In this document: positions 61,781 to 64,000 of the stretch, piece by piece
Layout: every line of letters begins with the position of its first letter
How positions within the stretch are numbered: the stretch's first letter is position 1
DNA from: an uncultured Gemmatimonadales bacterium
Lineage (GTDB): Bacteria > Gemmatimonadota > Gemmatimonadetes > Gemmatimonadales > GWC2-71-9
Assembly (NCBI GenBank): GCA_963826065.1
Contig: CAWGVP010000002.1
Span: 1,139,361 to 1,203,360 of the forward strand
Length of the DNA: 64,000 nucleotides
Direction of reading: 5' to 3'
The notes under the pieces: model-generated
Database searches by the model: none
What the model saw: the letters and a program-made list of their open reading frames with translations, nothing else
What the model was told of the DNA's origin: nothing
Made by a program: the position numbers and the translations under genes

Positions 61781-64000
61781 CTACAGCCCAGGCTCTGCTT
61801 CCACCGTGGTCCCGCTGCCCGCTCCGAAGTCGTAGCTGACGCCCACCAGGAGCCGGCGGGGCAGCAGCGGGCGGGCGAGGAAGAACGGCGTGCCGCCGAC
61901 GCCAACCAGGCGCGGGTTGCCTTCCTCCAGTCCCTTGCTCTGGAAGGCGTTCAGCAAGTCCGCGTTGAGACGGACTCCAGCGCCCGGAATGGCGAGGCTC
62001 GCGCCGAAGTTGAAGTAGTTGTAGAACGGGAGCTCGGTGTCGTCCACCCGGGTCAGCGGGCTCTCGGTGAGCCGGGCGCCCACCCAGTGCCAGTCGGCCC
62101 GGAGCTGCAGGTTGGAGAAGGCGGGCGGCGAGAACGTCGCCGCGAGGTTCCCGAGGTGTTTCGGGACGACTGCGAGGCGCGCGCCCTTGAACTGGGCCAG
62201 GCTGTCCACCCCGCCGCCCAGCTCGGCCTGCAGGAACGTGGCGCTGCCCTGCAGCTGCAGCCCCGGAGTCGGCGACAGGATCGCCTCGAGTTCGGCGCCA
62301 AACGAGCGGTTGTCCGGAGATTCTCGGATTACCCAGACGGTGCGTCCCTCCGAATCCAGCTCCGCCCCCTGGCCGATCACGTTCTTGAGGTCGGTGAAGA
62401 ACCCGTTCACCGTGAACGCCACCCGGCCGAGTTGCGTCTTCACGCCACCCTCGATCGACCGCACCTCCCGGGCATCGAAGAGATCGACCTGGGCCTGGCT
62501 CTGAGCCTCGAGCAGCTCGTCGAGCGCCGGCATCTTGTAGCCGCGAGACCCTGCCGCGAACACCGCGAGGTTGTCGTTCACGACGTAGTTGAGCCCGAGC
62601 GAGCCGGCCCAGTCGGTGATGTCGTGGGTGAAGTGTCGGAAGGTATTGTTGCCGAACTCGATATTGTTGAACGTTGTGGTGGGATCGCCGTCCAGGTCCG
62701 TCACGGCGGTGTTTTCCGAGGCCTGGACGTAGTTGTTGTACTCCACCCGCACGCCCAGATCGGCGCGGAGCTGCTCGGTAAGCTGGATCTCGCCCCCGAC
62801 CACGCCGGAGACCACGTTGGTCTCACCCGTGCCGTTCACGTAGTTCGAGAGGAAGTTCCTGAACCCGTTGCTGGTCAGCGTGTCCAGGGCGCCCCCGGTA
62901 TTGGTGACTACATCGAGGAAGCGGGGATTGTCCCGCACGTCGGTCAGGATGTCAGTGAAGTTCCACTGGTTCTCCTGGGTATAGTGCGCCAGGTACGCTC
63001 CCACCGCGAAGCTGTGTGGGCCGAACTGGCGGCGCAGCTGAATCTGATCGTGAATGGCCGAGATCGGCTTCCGAACGTGCCATTCGCCGGCCAGAGCCAC
63101 GAATCCATTCGGGGTGTCATACGGGAGCCGGTCGCCGAACTCGTCGAAGTGGTTGGTGAAGAAGAGCTGCGCGGTGGTGCCGACCGGTAAACCGAGGCTG
63201 GTGATGTACTCGGACGCAGGCACCATGTTGTTGGGCAGCAGCGCGTTCCACTCCTGGTCATTCTGCATGGCCTGTGCGGTGTTCTGGATCCGCCAGTTGT
63301 CGCCGATGTCGAGGGCCGCGTCCACCGTGAACCACGTGGCCTCGGTCCGGAGCCCATTGTCGAGCGGCAGCCGTAGCCGACCCTCGGGCGTCGGAACCTC
63401 GAGGTTGAGCCCTTCGGGCGTGCTCATCGCCCCGTAGTTGCTGAAGCCTTCCACGTAATCCGGATCCTCCGGATTGGCGAACGGGAGCGGCAGGATGAAC
63501 TGGTTGCGGTCGTTGATGTGCTTCACCGAGGCCCGGAGATAGCCGTTGTCGAGCCGCCGGGTGACGTTGGCCTTGAGCTGCCCGCCCCGGATCCCGGTGA
63601 AGCCCGGGTCCCGTACGCCATGGTCGTACCGGTAGAAGCCGCCGACGTTGAAGTTCCAGTCCTCGCCCAACGGGCCGTTGGCGTTGAGGTCGTAGCGGGC
63701 GTATTCCTGAGTGCCGCCGGTAAGCCGCGTCGTGCCGCCGAACCGGTCGCCGCCCGTCTTGTTGATGAAGTTGATGATGGCGCCCGGGGTGTTGGATCCG
63801 AAGAGCGCGGAGGCGCCGCCGCGGACCACTTCCATCCGCTCGATGTTGGTATCGAAGCGGAAGAGGTTGTCGGCGTTCATGAAGAAGGTGTGCATGGTGG
63901 GGAACACCGGCATCCCGTCTTCCATGAACATCACGTACTCCACGCCGAGAATGCCGCGCATCTGGATGTTCTGATTGACCTCGCCCCCGGAGCTCTCGAT
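61781..64000 (-). CDS. TonB-dependent receptor, C-terminal ~740 aa; the 5' end runs off the right window edge
   Basis: IERMEVVRGGASALFGSNTPGAIINFINK marks the plug end, followed by a long beta-barrel. The frame stays open upstream of the track start 63961 (..IESSGGEVNQNIQMRG..) to position 64000. Confidence 0.88.
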   Translation of the reverse strand: MESSGGEVNQNIQMRGILGVEYVMFMEDGMPVFPTMHTFFMNADNLFRFDTNIERMEVVRGGASALFGSNTPGAIINFINKTGGDRFGGTTRLTGGTQEYARYDLNANGPLGEDWNFNVGGFYRYDHGVRDPGFTGIRGGQLKANVTRRLDNGYLRASVKHINDRNQFILPLPFANPEDPDYVEGFSNYGAMSTPEGLNLEVPTPEGRLRLPLDNGLRTEATWFTVDAALDIGDNWRIQNTAQAMQNDQEWNALLPNNMVPASEYITSLGLPVGTTAQLFFTNHFDEFGDRLPYDTPNGFVALAGEWHVRKPISAIHDQIQLRRQFGPHSFAVGAYLAHYTQENQWNFTDILTDVRDNPRFLDVVTNTGGALDTLTSNGFRNFLSNYVNGTGETNVVSGVVGGEIQLTEQLRADLGVRVEYNNYVQASENTAVTDLDGDPTTTFNNIEFGNNTFRHFTHDITDWAGSLGLNYVVNDNLAVFAAGSRGYKMPALDELLEAQSQAQVDLFDAREVRSIEGGVKTQLGRVAFTVNGFFTDLKNVIGQGAELDSEGRTVWVIRESPDNRSFGAELEAILSPTPGLQLQGSATFLQAELGGGVDSLAQFKGARLAVVPKHLGNLAATFSPPAFSNLQLRADWHWVGARLTESPLTRVDDTELPFYNYFNFGASLAIPGAGVRLNADLLNAFQSKGLEEGNPRLVGVGGTPFFLARPLLPRRLLVGVSYDFGAGSGTTVEAEPGL

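Overview
Very GC-rich, gene-dense chromosomal segment with about 47 protein genes. I found no rRNA, tRNA, CRISPR array, transposase or integrase. The gene content points to a Gemmatimonadota- or Acidobacteriota-like diderm; this is an inference from PadR plus an ADOP-type duplicated FtsX permease, a TonB-dependent receptor, a TamB/BamA-like pair, a TolB-propeller Ser/Thr kinase and many secreted beta-propeller proteins. Most long ORFs in the supplied track are Arg/Gly/Pro-rich out-of-frame or antisense artefacts of the high GC content. I re-derived several starts by hand. I also added two genes that run off the window edges: hrpB at the left edge and a TonB-dependent receptor at the right edge.

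Main blocks, left to right:
- hrpB, an SDR, then a secreted protein, a phosphodiester glycosidase and a TolB-type Ser/Thr kinase.
- DUF1440, a MASE1 hybrid histidine kinase and an FtsH paralog, on the minus strand.
- A sugar ABC operon.
- An unknown protein, a stand-alone LigD polymerase domain and a small Trp-rich protein.
- An operon of three secreted beta-propeller proteins, divergent from a CpxP/Spy-like gene.
- An 868-aa coiled-coil protein, then a glyoxal-oxidase-like protein.
- PadR plus an ADOP permease.
- TamB followed by a BamA-like gene.
- A 570-bp non-coding region.
- An orphan ATP-grasp-like gene, then nagB-LmbE, DAG kinase, APC permease, SDR and CMD genes.
- DUF1097, AAC(3), TauE, DUF2911-TPR, rmuC and an NPP phosphodiesterase.
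- A TonB-dependent receptor, a GH65 gene and a six-hairpin glycosidase-like gene.

Observations most worth a second look:
1. At three gene junctions the downstream protein is complete only if it starts at a CTG that overlaps the upstream TGA as CTGA.
2. A palindromic REP/MITE-like element of about 65 bp is present in 7 intergenic copies, plus degenerate fragments.
3. An orphan TTGACA-N17-TACTGT promoter and a U-tract terminator bracket an ORF-free, hairpin-dense stretch of about 310 nt. This is a candidate structured ncRNA.
4. A perfect 36-bp G-rich inverted repeat lies between convergent genes.
5. Several unusual gene couplings: sensor kinase with FtsH, an unknown protein with LigD-Pol, and TamB upstream of the BamA-like gene.

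All functional calls come from motif recognition by eye. No database search was run.
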